Source of the DNA: Tricharina praecox
Taxonomy: Eukaryota
Direction: 5' to 3'
NCBI RefSeq assembly: GCF_024521635.1
Contig: NW_026250439.1
Location: 62,001-126,000 of the forward strand
DNA length: 64,000 nt
Within the stretch, counting starts at the first letter, position 1, and each line of letters begins with the position of its first letter. Both the position numbers and the translations under genes were made by a program. Shown piece by piece: positions 24,341 through 37,525 of the stretch. Under the pieces are notes generated by a model that ran no database searches, was not told where the DNA came from, and saw only the letters and a list, made by a program, of their open reading frames with translations.

Positions 24341-27112
24341 GTGCATTGGGGTACATTGGTTGGGCTAGGTTATCGGTTATTGGTTATTGGTTGCGGAGTT
24401 GGATTTGGGGTTGGAGTTAGATTTCTCATTCGATCTCTTCGGTTTTTGTTTTGTTTTATTTTCTGTTTTGTTTCGACTAAGGCTTAAGCTTGCCGAGCAC
24501 CGACGGCTGCGGGCATGAGCGAGCTTCGCCTTGCAGACCGATCGAATGGTTTTGGCTTGAATATGTACGGTTTCGGTGTTGAGTTTCTATATCCTTCGTC
24601 TTTTGGTTCTTTGGTTTTTGTTCTGTCGGTTTACATATGGATGGTTGGAATACAGGCGCGACTGGCTAGTCGGTTCAAGGCCCCGGCGTTAGACCAGTAG
24701 TACTCATACTCATCCTGAATCCCAAGCTCCCCCCACATATCATTTATTTCCGGGAGAACTCCCAGGAACTTTTTGACCGCTTCATATCTCGTGGCGTAGG
24801 TGGCAGGCGGTGGGACGGGGGGTGCCGTACCAGCTGTGCCTGAGGGGAGGGCGATCCGGTCGAGCTGCTAAAGTCACGTAGCTACATCCAAGCCCCTTGC
24901 GAAGCTCAAGCTTGAATGTAACGGAAATGGCAGTCAATGCTCAAATATTTCCGGTCGCAAAAAAATGCTAAGCGGTGTAATGTACGAGTGCGATTTCATG
25001 AGCATCACTTACCAGGCGAAAGCCGCGAATGCCGAAAAGAAATAAAGCTACCTGACCTGTCTTTACCATTAGCCCGCAGGTCAGCATAGAATGAAAGTTT
25101 CTGATAGATTCCATCGTGTCTAAAAAATTGCTAGAGAGCGACGAGCCGAGTGATATTCCATACTGGTGTGCTACCGAGTGCTGTTTGATGTGGGAGCCGA
25201 TGCCGTAAGCGTAGGAGTTAACTTGGTGTTACTAATTTTGAGGCGACACGTTCCCCGCTTTTATCGATGTTCATCACGTGAAAAGCTTGGGAGTCGAGTT
25301 GGATACAGTTGTCCCTCCAGACTGCTTAGAAGATGAGCAACCTAGAGCCGTAGAGAAATATGTACATTCTACTAACCGGACCCGCCTGCAGCCGGAATAA
25401 GTGATGCGTCAAGGTTAGTGAGGTCGAAGAACGTAGGATGAAAATCAGATCGGTATGCGAAATTCACTACCTACAATCAACCGAATAATTGTCGATTGAA
25501 GACCACGTAACCATAAGATATCTTCATAATAGTACCCGTATGGCTCTACCTTCTAGCTTGTTTCACGATGGTAACGCACCCAAGTTTTCCACGTGCATAA
25601 AAGGAAGCCGCTGCATGCTGCATGAAATATCAATCAACCTCGAACGGTGTGGAGTTCGCTTTTTCTTCGCCAGGTAGGTCGCGGCCTGATCGGATTTATA
25701 CAGGCGGGGGGCCGAACCCTCAACCTCTCCGGTTTCCAGCACTTCGGGTCCCCACTCCCGGGCCCCGGCCGATGAAGGCCTCGAAAGAAACACCGTAACA
25801 ACCGGGACCAAGCGCCTAGGAAGGCAATTAATCCAATTTCGATATAGAGTACTCCGGCGATTGAGGACACGGCATCCTGGCATTCGCTTACGGAATCTGC
25901 TCAGACATCTACTCCATGGCGGCGACAATAAATTCTATGGCTGAGCCACATGCAGCCACGAATCTAATCTCAGATAACAACCTGCAGGGGGGGAATAGGG
26001 TGGGACAAACTTTCGGGCGGGGTGAGTATTGTTTTTTAGCCGAAGAGAAACGTTCTCAGTTCAGTACGGGGTTTTTTTTTTCATGTTGGAAGGATATTGA
26101 AGTCTTTTTGTACTGGTTGTTCGAAGTTTATCCAGCGGTGGTAGCGGTGGTGGTGGTATGGGTGGTGATGGTGGTGATGGTGATACCGCGCGAACCAAAA
26201 AGCTGGGTTGATGGTGGAGATGGCACTGTTTTACCGGATGGGACTTGGTTTCCGTGATATGTAAACCCTAACCAAGCTCCACCTCGTAAAACTCCTCTCC
26301 TCGCTCTCACCTACCGTCCTCTCGCAATTTTCGCTCTCTTTCGCTCTCCCTTTTTCTCTCTGTTTTTGTCTCGGTGGGCGCTCTGTTGCGGTGTACTGGG
26401 GCGACTAGGGGTGTGCAGTTACAAAGTGCTGTGTTGCAAAAACGCTGTGTTGAACATGTTTGGCTATTTGTCCACTTTCGACCGCCGTAATTTGCTTACT
26501 TTCGCCCGCCGTACGTATCGACTGTGCCGCCAGCTCCGGCCTTCGTCGTTCGTCGTTCCTCGTATTGGTCTCACGAGTTCTTTTGTTCACCGGTACTCGA
26601 CGTTGGCGTAGGTACCTATAGCCGGGATCCATCGGCTAGGTAGCTCACGTAGGGATACCTACCTACTCCCACATATCTTGCGAGTCACGACGCACTCGGT
26701 AGTGCTGATCGGCAGACATCTCCATCTTTCCATTCCTTTGGGGGTTGCCTCCTACAAGCGCCAACGGGGAACCGTGCCGTGGATGTAGCAAGCGACAGTT
26801 GGTCGGACCTTAGCATGGATCATCGCATCCGTGGTCTCACAGTGACGCGCCCCGGACCCCAGTCGCAGTACGGAGGAATGGAATCATTCCTTCGCCATGA
26901 TTTCATTCTATCTAATACCTTTAGGCATGTAAACATGGTATATGTTCACTCCGACTTCCCATCACTCCGACTACATTTTCAGGGACGGCTTATCGACACC
27001 ACCTAGGGTCTTACCGCGACCAACTCGACCAGTTCTACATACGCACAGTTGTACGTCTCCCGATTTCGACTTTCTCCCAGCAGTACTTCAACATCCGTAT
27101 CCCCCCGTGGAA

Positions 27113-27613
27113 ATGATCGAACTCTGCACGAGCAGCCCCAGTAAGTTCCACTGTTTCCGCACCATTATCTCCCCCCTCCCGAGCAGTCCGAGGACGTCAA
27201 CTCACAGATCACTGGCAGTTCCCGCAGGCGATTTGATACAGATAGCTCTCGGGGCGTGCATGCTCCTAATCATGATAATCGGGCTAGCACTCAAGCATGC
27301 ACGGACTTCGGAGGGGGCCTATACTGCGCGGCCCAGGGCGAACGCAAGTTCTCCGATGCATAGCATCGGTCGACACCGCCAAGCTCTACGGATCGATACG
27401 GAAACCGCGGCGGATTCGGAATTCGAGGAAACCGGGGGCAACACGATAGCTCCAGCCACAGTGGCACTGGTTTCAGAGATCGGACGGGCGACGGCGAGTC
27501 CGTATCTCTGGCGGTGGCAGCCGGTGCCTTCCGTCTTTGGAAGGGGTCGACAAAGTCTCTACGAGTGGATCAACATGCAGATTGTCACGGGATATCAATC
27601 GTGGAGGAAGTAA
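27113..27613 (+). CDS. Small single-TM protein family, member 2 (~140 aa; exons 27113-27140, 27219-27613)
   Basis: Intron GTAAGT...CTCAC...CAG in the same phase and position as member 1. Protein MIELCTSSPIPAGDLIQIALGACMLLIMIIGLALKHAR... Confidence 0.7.
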   Translation: MIELCTSSPSKFHCFRTIISPLPSSPRTSTHRSLAVPAGDLIQIALGACMLLIMIIGLALKHARTSEGAYTARPRANASSPMHSIGRHRQALRIDTETAADSEFEETGGNTIAPATVALVSEIGRATASPYLWRWQPVPSVFGRGRQSLYEWINMQIVTGYQSWRK

Positions 27614-28144
27614 ACGGGCACTTACGTGGCGTCGGTGGTGGTTTCTTTGGGCATATATATACCTGAAATTATTTTTGGCTCGTTGGTTTGGTTGTACATA
27701 GACGGAATAGACTGCATATCGCTTCGACTGGTACGCTCTCGAGTATTTCGCTCCGTCAATGTTCACGGGAGGAATATCGATCGGATATGCAACTCACGCT
27801 AAGTCGGCAGATTAAGTCAGCAGAGGTTGGAGCACATTCCCTCTTGATATCTGCCCAACATCAGAGCCTACACACTGAGAGGCCATGAAGGAAGCCGTGG
27901 GGAGGAACAGCGGGAGTTGATCCGGACTTCTCGACCACAGCACCCTCCTCCTCCTCCTCTCGCCTCAGCTCTACCTCCCTTTCTTCCCGCTTCCCTTTCT
28001 TCCTCCCACTCGGATCATCGCCGTATCCTCCCCCCACCCCCCCGCCTTAACATCATCCCTCAAAACTCTCACCCGACACGAGGAAGCACCAAAAGAACAA
28101 AAGACCAAAAGCACCAAAAGAACAGAACAGCAAAAAGAACACCT

Positions 28145-28231
28145 CTCTCTGTCAGGGAATTGAACCCTGGTCTCCCGCGGACTATCACTTGGAATGACAG
28201 GCGGAAATACTAACCACTATACTAACAGAGA
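28145..28231 (-). tRNA. tRNA-Asp(GTC) with a 15-nt intron
   Basis: TCTCTGT acceptor stem, TCCGC-CTGTCA[TTCCAAGTGATAGTC]C-GCGGG anticodon arm, GTTCAATTC T-loop. Confidence 0.93.
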
Positions 28232-29441
28232 TTGATGTGAGGCGTAGGTGGTAGCACATATAGCCAGGAGTTGATGATGGCGGTGCTCACAACATGGTGG
28301 GTCCTATAGTGGTGGGTGGGGAGTGCCGTCTTCGCTCAGCGCTGAAGCTACCCGATTAGGAGATAATTGATTGGTCGACATGCAGGTATGTATGTAGGGT
28401 GGCGCTGCATGCCATCTCCCCCCCTCGCTGACAACGAGTTTGAATACATACGGAAACTGTTTCTGTCATACTTCTGATACATATGCCGGCAATTACTGCG
28501 CAGTCCAGTGGCTACAATCTGTCGCATATGTAAACACTGACCAGTGAAGCCCGAAGCGGCCCGTTATAGACAGATCATTTACTCGGCTAGTTAGAACGTG
28601 ACATCGCACCCAATGGAAACTTGAAAGCTCGCCCCGTGAGTGATCCCCTCCGACTCCCCTCACACGAAGGATTAGATCCTCACTGGTCAAGTTTGTCTCC
28701 GCGCAACATGCGTACCAGTACTCTATGGTGAATTACCGTGGTGGGTGGGATTACGTTGTGCGAGCTTAGTCATCATTTCCTCAACCACAGCCACAGCCAC
28801 AGCCACACCATTGCCCCATCGGTATCGGCATCAGCATCAGTGCTCGATGTACGAGTAGGTATTAGAAAAGAAGTATCAATTCTCCCCTCCCCTCCTCAAT
28901 TCTCCCCTCCCTCCCCTCGTCCCCTCCCTCCTCCCCAGCAGTAGAAAGAAAGCAACAAAACACCCCGCCCCGCCAGTGCAGACACCCCAGTACCCCAGCA
29001 AGCAGCAAGCATAAACAAAACATCAGTCACCCCCGCTCACAATCCAACGGACAATCCCCAAAAATGTAATCGTATCGTATCGTACCAGAAAAAAGACCAA
29101 GTCAAGACAAGACAAGACAATCCACAAACCACAAAAGCCAAGAGACAAAGCGAAAGAGAAGAGACAAGACGAGAACATTACCACCCCCCCACCTTCGTTC
29201 GTTCGGTTCGTTCAGTCGGTCATAACGAATGCAAGAAAAGGAAAGCACAAGAACAAGACAAGAAAAGAGAAGGAAGAAAAAAAGAAAAAGGTCCCCATCC
29301 CGCAAGTAGTCGGAAAGTCGTCCCTCGGTCTCGGTCGGTCAACAAAACATTGGTATATTCACACACCCACCCACAGGGACCCACCCACCCACCACCCACA
29401 CAGCACACACACACAGAGAGAGACAGAGAAAGAGGCTAAGC

Positions 29442-32400
29442 CTATCTCCTCACCGGCGGCGGCGGCGGGGGCATAGCCTTCCTATCGGCAGCCGAGGAGC
29501 TCGCATTAGGCGCAATCGACTGTCTGCCCAGACTGGTATGTTGCAGCGCGGTCGCCGCAAGTGCGCTAAGCTGCAGCCCACCTCCACTTACAGACGAAAC
29601 GGTCAACCTCCTAGCACCGGCCTTAACGCGCGTGCTATGCGGCGATAGGACGCTGGGGACACCGCCGTTGGGAGCGTTTTCCTTCTCGCCGCCCTTATTC
29701 GGGAGGCGCTTATTGAAGCCGGTCTTGAACTGGCCGGCGCCCCCCTCCGGCGAGGTCTGCGAGGAGCTGGTGGGGCTGCGGCGTTTGGTGGCCGGGCGGA
29801 TGGGACCGTGCGTGGCGAGGCTCTTGCGCAGTGCGCCGCGCGTGGGACCGACGCTGGGCCGCCACGGCTTGTTGGGCTCTTCTGACGAGGAGTAGCCGCT
29901 GCTGCCGCCGTCGCCCTTGAGACGATTGATTACCTGGTCGACCGTGTCGTACGGGTTCAGGCCGTCGTCGGCGCCGTCGGCGAGGCTGTAGTCTTCCATT
30001 GGCGGGGAGGGTTCGCGGGGCTTTGGCGCGGCTGCAAGGCTCTTACCCACGAGACTGTTGCCGGCCTTGGGGCGGATAGGCGGTGCCATCACTCCCTGCG
30101 GGTGCGGTGCGGCGAATACGGGCTCGGGATCAAGCTCGTACGACGAGGGTGGCGGGGGTGAGCGGGCACGTGAACTGAACGCCGGTCGTGGGGGTGGGGG
30201 CGGCATTTCGTCTCCTTCCTCGTCGAGCGGACCAAAGTAGTGGTCGTTCGCGAGGAAGCGAGAGCGCTTGCTGTCTTCTGAGACTGGGTCCTCGAGTTCC
30301 TCATTCCACCTGACTCTCTTCTTCTCGGCGAGCTTCTTGTTGAAAGTAACTCCCTTCTTCGGCGACTTGTGCTTGATATGCTGTCTCGGCGACGATCTGA
30401 CGGGAGATGTCTGCGGCGGCGGAATCATCGAAAACCCATAGTTGGGTACCTTAACGGGCGACGCCAGGTAGCTCTGCCTCTTCTTCTTGGGGGACATCAA
30501 GGACGGAGGCTGATACACAGCGGTCGACACCAGTTCACCAGACGGCTTGATGACGACTGATAACGCATCTCCGGACCCCTGCTGCACCTGGAATAGCGAT
30601 TTCCTAGCTCGCTCCAGCGCCTCCTCATCGGGAATCCTATCCTCCATGATCCTGTTGATAATGGCATACGTTTCGCAGTGCGCCTTGACCAGACTGTTGA
30701 CCGACTCGGTCATATCGATTTCGGTATTATTCATAGCCTGGAGCATATCCCTCTCGGCCGTGATATTCAGCACCTTCGCCTCGGTCTCCAACACCGCCAG
30801 ATCCGACTCGGCCACGCCGTCGATCGACTGGAGGTTCCTAAGACTGTTCTGCAGTGCCGAGTCGAGCGCCTTCTCCCAGCTCGAAACATTGAGCCGCTGC
30901 CTGACCATGCGCTCGTTCTGCTGCAGGTCCTTGAGCACCTTCTCCGCCTCGGCCCTCATCTTGAACAGAGCCGCGGGCGGGGGGGCATCCTGCTCTCGCG
31001 CCTCAAACACCTCGTCGAACGCCGACAACCACGAGTTGACCAGCGATATGCGGCGTTCCAGTATCCTCAGGCCCTGCAGCAGCTGCACTCTATCATCCCG
31101 TGCCGCTTTCGACCCCTCGTGCGCCGCGCGCAGCCGCTTCAGACCCTCCTTGATGGAAGCGTCCTTTGCGACGCGCTGCTTGTTGAGCTGAGTGCCGGCC
31201 TCGACCGTGGCATCCTTCAGGCGGGTCTTGAGCGAATCCACCTCCTGCCGCAGGTTGTAGATGGCCTTGACGTACTCGCTGACGTGGCGGTTGACATTGA
31301 TGATGTTCCGCGAGACCTTGGTCTTGATGTTTTTCGCGCGGTTCGCGTACTTGAGCGTGTTGTGAGTCTCGTCGTAGTGCTGGCTCGACGGGCTGACGCA
31401 CACGATCATGACCGTCTTGCAGTTTCCGCCGAGCGAGAACTTGAGCAGCCGCGTGAGCTTCGAGTCTCGGTACGGGACGTGGTTCTTCCGGACCGGGTCG
31501 CAGAGCGAGTTGATACAGTTGCCGAGCGCCAGGAGTGATCTGTTGATATTCGCGCCCTCCAGCAACCGGTCACCCCGGTTCTTTGTCACCGACGCCCGCT
31601 CGCTGCCCGCAAGATCGATAATCGACAGCGTCGAAGCCATATGGTTCTCCGACAACCCGGCCGTCCGTGGCTTCTGCGTAACATTGATCTGCAGAACGGC
31701 ATGCGACCGCGACGAAGTCGCATTGGCTTCCGTCGGCGACTGTGTCCGGTTCGAGTTTCCCAGCACGATCATGTCCATCACCTCCTCCACCGTCCGCGGC
31801 GCGTGCGTCGACAGCCCAGACACACTGATGTTCGCATTGGTATCCTCCCGCAGCTGTAGTCCGAGCTTGCTCCCCCCAGGCACCAACAAGTCCCGGATGG
31901 TCTCATTGTAGATCTCGAGGTACGACAGCGTGAGCTGGATCTCCTTCTCGTCAACCAGAGCATCGATGCGTTCGAACAGCTCCGCGCACGTGAGGAAGAT
32001 GATTCCGGGATGCTGCGGGTTCCCGCTGATGGTGTGCGTTTTCCCGCAGCCGGTGGCGCCGTAGGCAAACACCGTCGCGTTGAACCCGTCGAGCACACTG
32101 TCCAGCAGCGATTTCGTCGTGGACTCGTACACGTCCTGCTGCGTGCACGTCTCGTCAAATACCCGATCGAAGCCGAACCGCATGTCCTTGACCCGCTTGC
32201 CCTGCGGCAGGATCGTCTTCTGGTACCGCGCCATCGGGTTCTCTTCCGCCGGGTCGAAGATCCTGCAGTGTCACACGTCAGACACACAACACAACACCAG
32301 GGGGAGCAAAGCATGGCTCACAGCATCCGCTCATCGACCACTTTTACCACGCGCCGCACTCCCTTCGCCGACAGCGTCGGCTTCGGGAAGCTGGCTAGTG

Positions 32401-32682
32401 ATCCGTCGCCGAAAAACGTCGGTGCATCGTCGGGTCGTGTCCTATGTAATGTAGCACCACGTCAGTCAGCCCGTCAGTGGGTCGGTCTTGGCTAATGTTT
32501 CGTTTCGTCCGTCGGGTCGGGCTCGGTATATGGACTACATGTGGACTAGGTACGTACAGCTGGGCAGCTTCACGGATGCTGAACGGGCGCACGCGGACTA
32601 CACATGGTCAGCTTCTTCTTCTTCTGGAGGAAGAGGGCGGGGGCGCAAGGAGCTTACCGACGACCGCGATGGAGGAGGCCAT
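29442..32682 (-). CDS. KIP3: Kinesin-8 motor (Kip3/KipB/Klp5-6 family), ~1001 aa, 4 exons (32682-32658, 32597-32558, 32441-32322, 32262-29442)
   Basis: VRVRP, P-loop YGATGCGKT (kinesin-8 type), SSRSH, DLAGSE, HVPYRDSKLT; canonical introns. Confidence 0.93.
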
Positions 32683-34897
32683 TGGGGCGTGGCGTTGTGC
32701 TGCTGGTGCGGGTGGGATGAATCTGAGGGGGCAACAAAGAACTCTAGTTGTGCTGTATGATGGTGGTGGTAGGTATCGTTGTTCAGGCCCGGTTCGAGGC
32801 CTGAAGTATTGCCGTTATCGTAGCGAAAGATTCCGTCGTCGCGTTCTCGTCGAGCTTTGTTGTTAGTTAATATTGTTGTGGTGATGTTGGTGGTGGTGTT
32901 GGCGGAGGTGGGTCGGCTTGGGCGGGTGGGAGGGGAGCGAGCGGTGTGAAGGGTTTGTTTTGTTGTCGGAAGCGATCTTGACTGACAACAGTGCTACTTG
33001 GTGTTGGCCCGGCAACAGCAACGCATGGGCAGGGATCAGTGATTCAGTGCTACACAGATCAAAACACGGGGAAGCTGTCAACGCGGCAAGAGCCGTAGGG
33101 TAGGTTGTTCATCATGAACGTGTAAAAAAGAGTGGAGTTTTTACTGATTAGCGTGCCTATCGTGTCGGTCAAGCGATCGGGAGAAAATTGTGGCTAGGTG
33201 GCGAAGTCAATGTTGTTATTATGGACGCCGTGGCAGCTGGTACCTGGCCCAAGATCCAGCCCTATACAAAGTATCGCCAAGATTCATAGGGTCTGACTCG
33301 ATTATCAGACCCGGGGATTGGAGTTAAACGGTTCAGTATTACGCCTCAGCGCCGCAAGAGGAACAAGATTCCGATCAAAGGCTGTGCAGCCGTCCCTCAG
33401 CTATGTCTTAGGCTCTTCCCACTGGACTACTTTCTAGTCTCGAGTCAAGAGCACAGTCGAATACACTTCGACCAAATGCACCAAATCGCTTCGGCCAGAG
33501 ACACTAGCAGAGCTGTGACCACCAACCAACGAACGCGTAAACAACTACAGATACCACTCACGCGAATTCACGCTGCTTATAACCGCCTTTCATCGCACCA
33601 ACTGAATACCGGTACCGCCCACGAATCCAGAAACAGATGACCAAGACATCACCTGTAGCCGATGTTCACCCCGCCCGACCAAGCTCAACGAAACAATATA
33701 TCTCAACCCGCCCGCTCAAGTTCCGGTCCGCGCAGCAAAGATAAAGCATAAACGGGTTGCCTCCACATGCTCATAATACAGGTTCACAGCGCATCCACTT
33801 CCCCGCAATCTCGATGAGATCGGACGAGATCGAAAAGTAGCTCCTTCAGGAACTGGCTGCCGGAGGGATTAATGGGTTTGCCTCATCGATGTGAGCGGCC
33901 TGGAGACCTGGACGGCTCCGGGTCAGCGATGAGAGCGGTATCGACGGCACTGTAGGGGCAGTGCCACCCTGCCCGTGACCCTGCCCTGCCTCGGGCCGCC
34001 GGCGCGGTCGATACCGCCGGGACCCGAACTGAGGATTACGCCACTTTGGGAACCACGCAGCCGGAGATTCGTGGCTTTCCGCTGCGGGTACATACTAGTG
34101 ACATACTGAGAGTCACGATTCTACATATATGCACCGTGCACATGTTTCTCGCTTCACGGAAACGGCTTGGCATGGTATACAAGGCGGGAGGTATTCTAGA
34201 AGCGGTAGGTTTCTAGAAGCAGGATGTGGTGTGTAACTTAAGTTGGCATGTCAGAATCACCTCGGGAGTCGGGGGTCGGCTGGCAAACTTAATTTAGAGT
34301 ATCTACCGGTATCTGTGGTTAAGTTTTGATTGGCATCCGGGAGTCGGGAGTCGGGGACACCTGCTATTCTGGTATGTAGTCATGGAGAACGTGATACTGC
34401 ACGCAACGACGTGGAAGTAAAATGTACATAGGAAATATCCTTGTAAACAGAGTGGCCGTCATGATTTCTTCGATTTTGACCATACAAGCGATGTTCCTTC
34501 AAAAGACCCTCGTCTTTTCTCCATCAGACGGGATGTCATAACTCAAAAATCCGCGTGTATGTATTGAGCGACGCAACAAGCGAAATAGAAGCTCCTGATA
34601 GTTCTTTTTCTAGAATGGGAGTTTTGGCGGAGAATAAGCTGTTCAAGCTTGTTGTCATATCTACTCCGGCTTTCAACGTCCCCACCCAAATGGCACGTAT
34701 TTCTCTTTTCCCGCATTCCACATAATTTCATCACTCTCACAATCACAATCAAAGTCACAACAGTCCAGTATCTCATGAATCATGCGGCATGTGGAATTCG
34801 AAAAGCGAGAAGATATTTTCCACAAGAGCGCCCCACGCAAAGAACAACAGTAGATACGACAGAAACCGACAAAGAGCGAGCGATGCTAACGACCCTT

Positions 34898-35621
34898 CTA
34901 ACGGTAACGGTGGACCTGGAGGGTGTTGTGGCGCTTCCAGGTCTTGCGACGACCGGCAGTGGTCTTGTTGTAGCGATGGCCCTTGTTGAGACCACGCGAC
35001 TTCTTGCCGGTGGCGGTGAGGCCGCGGGACTCGCGGTGCTGTTGGGGTGGTGGGTTAGTGATTGCGGGGAAGAGAGGGGAGCGGGGATGTGGCGAACCTT
35101 GTGCACGGGCTTCACGATCCAGTTGATCCTGGCATCACGGCGGATGGCCTTGTGCTGGGGGTCGACGAGGATCACCTCAAAGTACTTGTAGGTGGCATCC
35201 TGGTTGATCCAGTAGGAGTCTGCGTCTCCAGTCAGCCGTTGATTCCGCGCGCGGATCATCGGGACAACTCACTCAACACGCGCAAGTTAGCGCATCGCCG
35301 TCCGACACGCTCCTCAGCGGTGGAGCGGAGCGACCGCTGGTACTTGAGCTGGTTGACACCCTGGTTGGTGGGCTTTCCGTAGGTGGCACCCTTGGGGACG
35401 GGCTTCTTGCGGTTACCACGGCGGACGCGGATGCGGTAGATGACGTAACCCTGCTTGGCCTTGTACCCGAGACGGCGAGCCTTGTCGGGGCGCGAGGGAC
35501 GCGAGGCGCGGTGGATCACGTTGAGAGAGCGGTACTCCCAGCAGCGTACGCGCAGCAGGAACCGGAGGATGTCCGACTGCTTCTTCTTGGCGATCTCTTC
35601 GACGTACTTGAGGGCTCCCAT
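34898..35621 (-). CDS. RPL15: 60S ribosomal protein L15 (eL15), 203 aa; exons 35621-35273, 35219-35098, 35038-34898
   Basis: [17 protein letters not shown]...[17 protein letters not shown]...[21 protein letters not shown]. Confidence 0.98.
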
Positions 35622-35902
35622 CTAGTGTCGCCGTGCCACGTTAACAACAATTTCCTCCCTCCCGCGATAATCGTCTCTTTCATTCCGCGAAGAATTGCAG
35701 AATTGCAGAATTGCGGAAATGCGGAATTCCACAGTTTGGAGTGCGACGAACCTTGGCGATCTGCTCCGGGAGTTTGCTGGGTGGATTGTCGGGTGGGGTT
35801 GTCGGCGGGTCGTTGGGCGTAAACGGGCGGTGTATGAAACCGTCTCTGCTGAGGTTCCGAAAATTCGCCAGACCTTGCGTGTGCGCCGCGGATTTGTGGG
35901 CT

Positions 35903-35920
35903 AGTGACCGTGGGTAGGGT
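35903..35920 (-). promoter_or_regulatory. Homol-E / Homol-D-like ribosomal-protein promoter module
   Basis: Minus strand reads ACCCTACCCA-CGGTCACT, against S. pombe Homol-E ACCCTACCCT and Homol-D CAGTCACA, in the same order upstream of RPL15. Confidence 0.5.
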
Positions 35921-37525
35921 TTAGGAGCCCTGGTCGCCCACAATGAAAAGCAGGCCTGAAGGCCCGATAGCCGCAGGATCACGTGATACAACACACACAA
36001 ATCAGTGTTGAGTATTTTCGTCAACGATCAACGGGTCGTAGTCTCCCCTGAGGAGTTGGCGATTCCTCTGTGATCCGATTCTTTGTTGAAGAACTTCGTC
36101 CTCTGCTCTTCGAAGAGTTACAGGCGCAGACGATAACCGAAACTTTCATTCGAGCTCGGAAACCTTGTCGAGGGACGCCTCACGAAGTAGAGAGTCTACC
36201 CACTCGCTGCATCGATGCAACCACCGCGGGGATGCAGATACAAGCCCACGGTCACGTTGGATGTCCCACCCCCCCGCCGGGCGACCACCTCGAACCTCCA
36301 ATCTCTCGCTTAAGGCATGCGCATGCGTAGGTCGTTCGATTGCCGAGACGCTATGAGCAGCTAAGCCCACCCAACGCTGATCGATCTTGGCGTGAGTGAT
36401 GGTGCGTGAAGATGCTCGGCTTGAATCCCTTCCGTGCTGTCTGACAGAATCGCGCCTTCAACTAACTTCACTCCACTACTCTCGCCGGACCACGTGTTAC
36501 TGAACTGCGATGCGACTGAAGTGTGAACTCTCGCTGCTGTCTCATGTACATTCTCCCGGCTCCCACGCTGGCCGCGGCATTCGATTACCCTGCATACGTC
36601 CTCGAATCTCGAGTGTCGAGTCTCCGAGTCTCCGCAGCATGAGCTAAAGTCGGGGGTTGCGGACTTGTGCGCCGTGCGGCAGCCCGGACGCCGGGTCCCA
36701 GGACCAAAGTCGCGTCTGTCCGTGTGTTTGAATTCCTTCCTGAGGAGAGGAGGAGAGCGAGGAGGAGGCCGAGGAAGACAGAGTCTCGACTGTATGCTGT
36801 CTTGAACGAAGCGAGCCCGCAACACGTGCTCCACCGCCATGTGAGCGCATCTTATACATAAATTCCCTTTCCCAACGCGTCGATTACCTTTCTTCGCGCT
36901 TTGGCCGTATTCGCCCACCCGTCCGCATCTGCCGTAGTCTCGCTCCCGCATTGGGGCCAACAATGGCCCATCCCAGCCTGCCCACACCCTCCTCAACTCG
37001 CCCCAGAGCGTGCCCACCCCATGCGGCGCGGCCGCTCATAACTGCCGGCGTGCTGCCTGCCAATCCCCCCCAATGTATAGTATGTATCATATCACCTCCG
37101 TCCCTACCACCGATATCCCGCCCATTCCCTTCCCACCACCTTCCTTCCGTGATCTCCATCGTAGCCACCCCCCGAGTCCCTGACCTCGAGAAACCACAGA
37201 CAGACACCCCGAGCGACTCGCGCACCCTTCAAGGCTTACCTATACACACACCTACACACCACACCACACCGCACGCACGCATCCCGCGCCGGCCGGCGTT
37301 TGCCATTCCCCGACGCCGGCGACGCCAGCGCTAACTCCTGGTCCCGCTGCCACCGACTCGCCGACGGCCGTTCCCGCAGCCCGCAGCCCGCAGCCTGCCG
37401 TGCTGCCATCCATCCCTCGCACCAATAGGGACCGCAGTCGATGCACACAAACCTAAAAAATTAATCGCCGAGCCCCCGACATCATCTTCCACCCCCCCAC
37501 CGACCCGATCTGTCTGTCCTGTCAG

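Noticed and set aside
26263..26460. AACCCTAACC followed by U-rich and A-rich tracts, considered as a telomerase RNA template and pseudoknot
   Set aside because: A 10-nt telomeric match is expected by chance in 64 kb and is also a common promoter telobox. I found no convincing CR4/5 (P6.1) element.
34029..34055. CTGAGGA as a hammerhead ribozyme core
   Set aside because: No stem II closing onto GAAA and no compatible stems I/III.
36361..37017. 218-aa minus-strand ORF between RPL15 and the TF
   Set aside because: No recognisable domain; it lies in a divergent promoter/5' UTR region and its composition looks non-coding.
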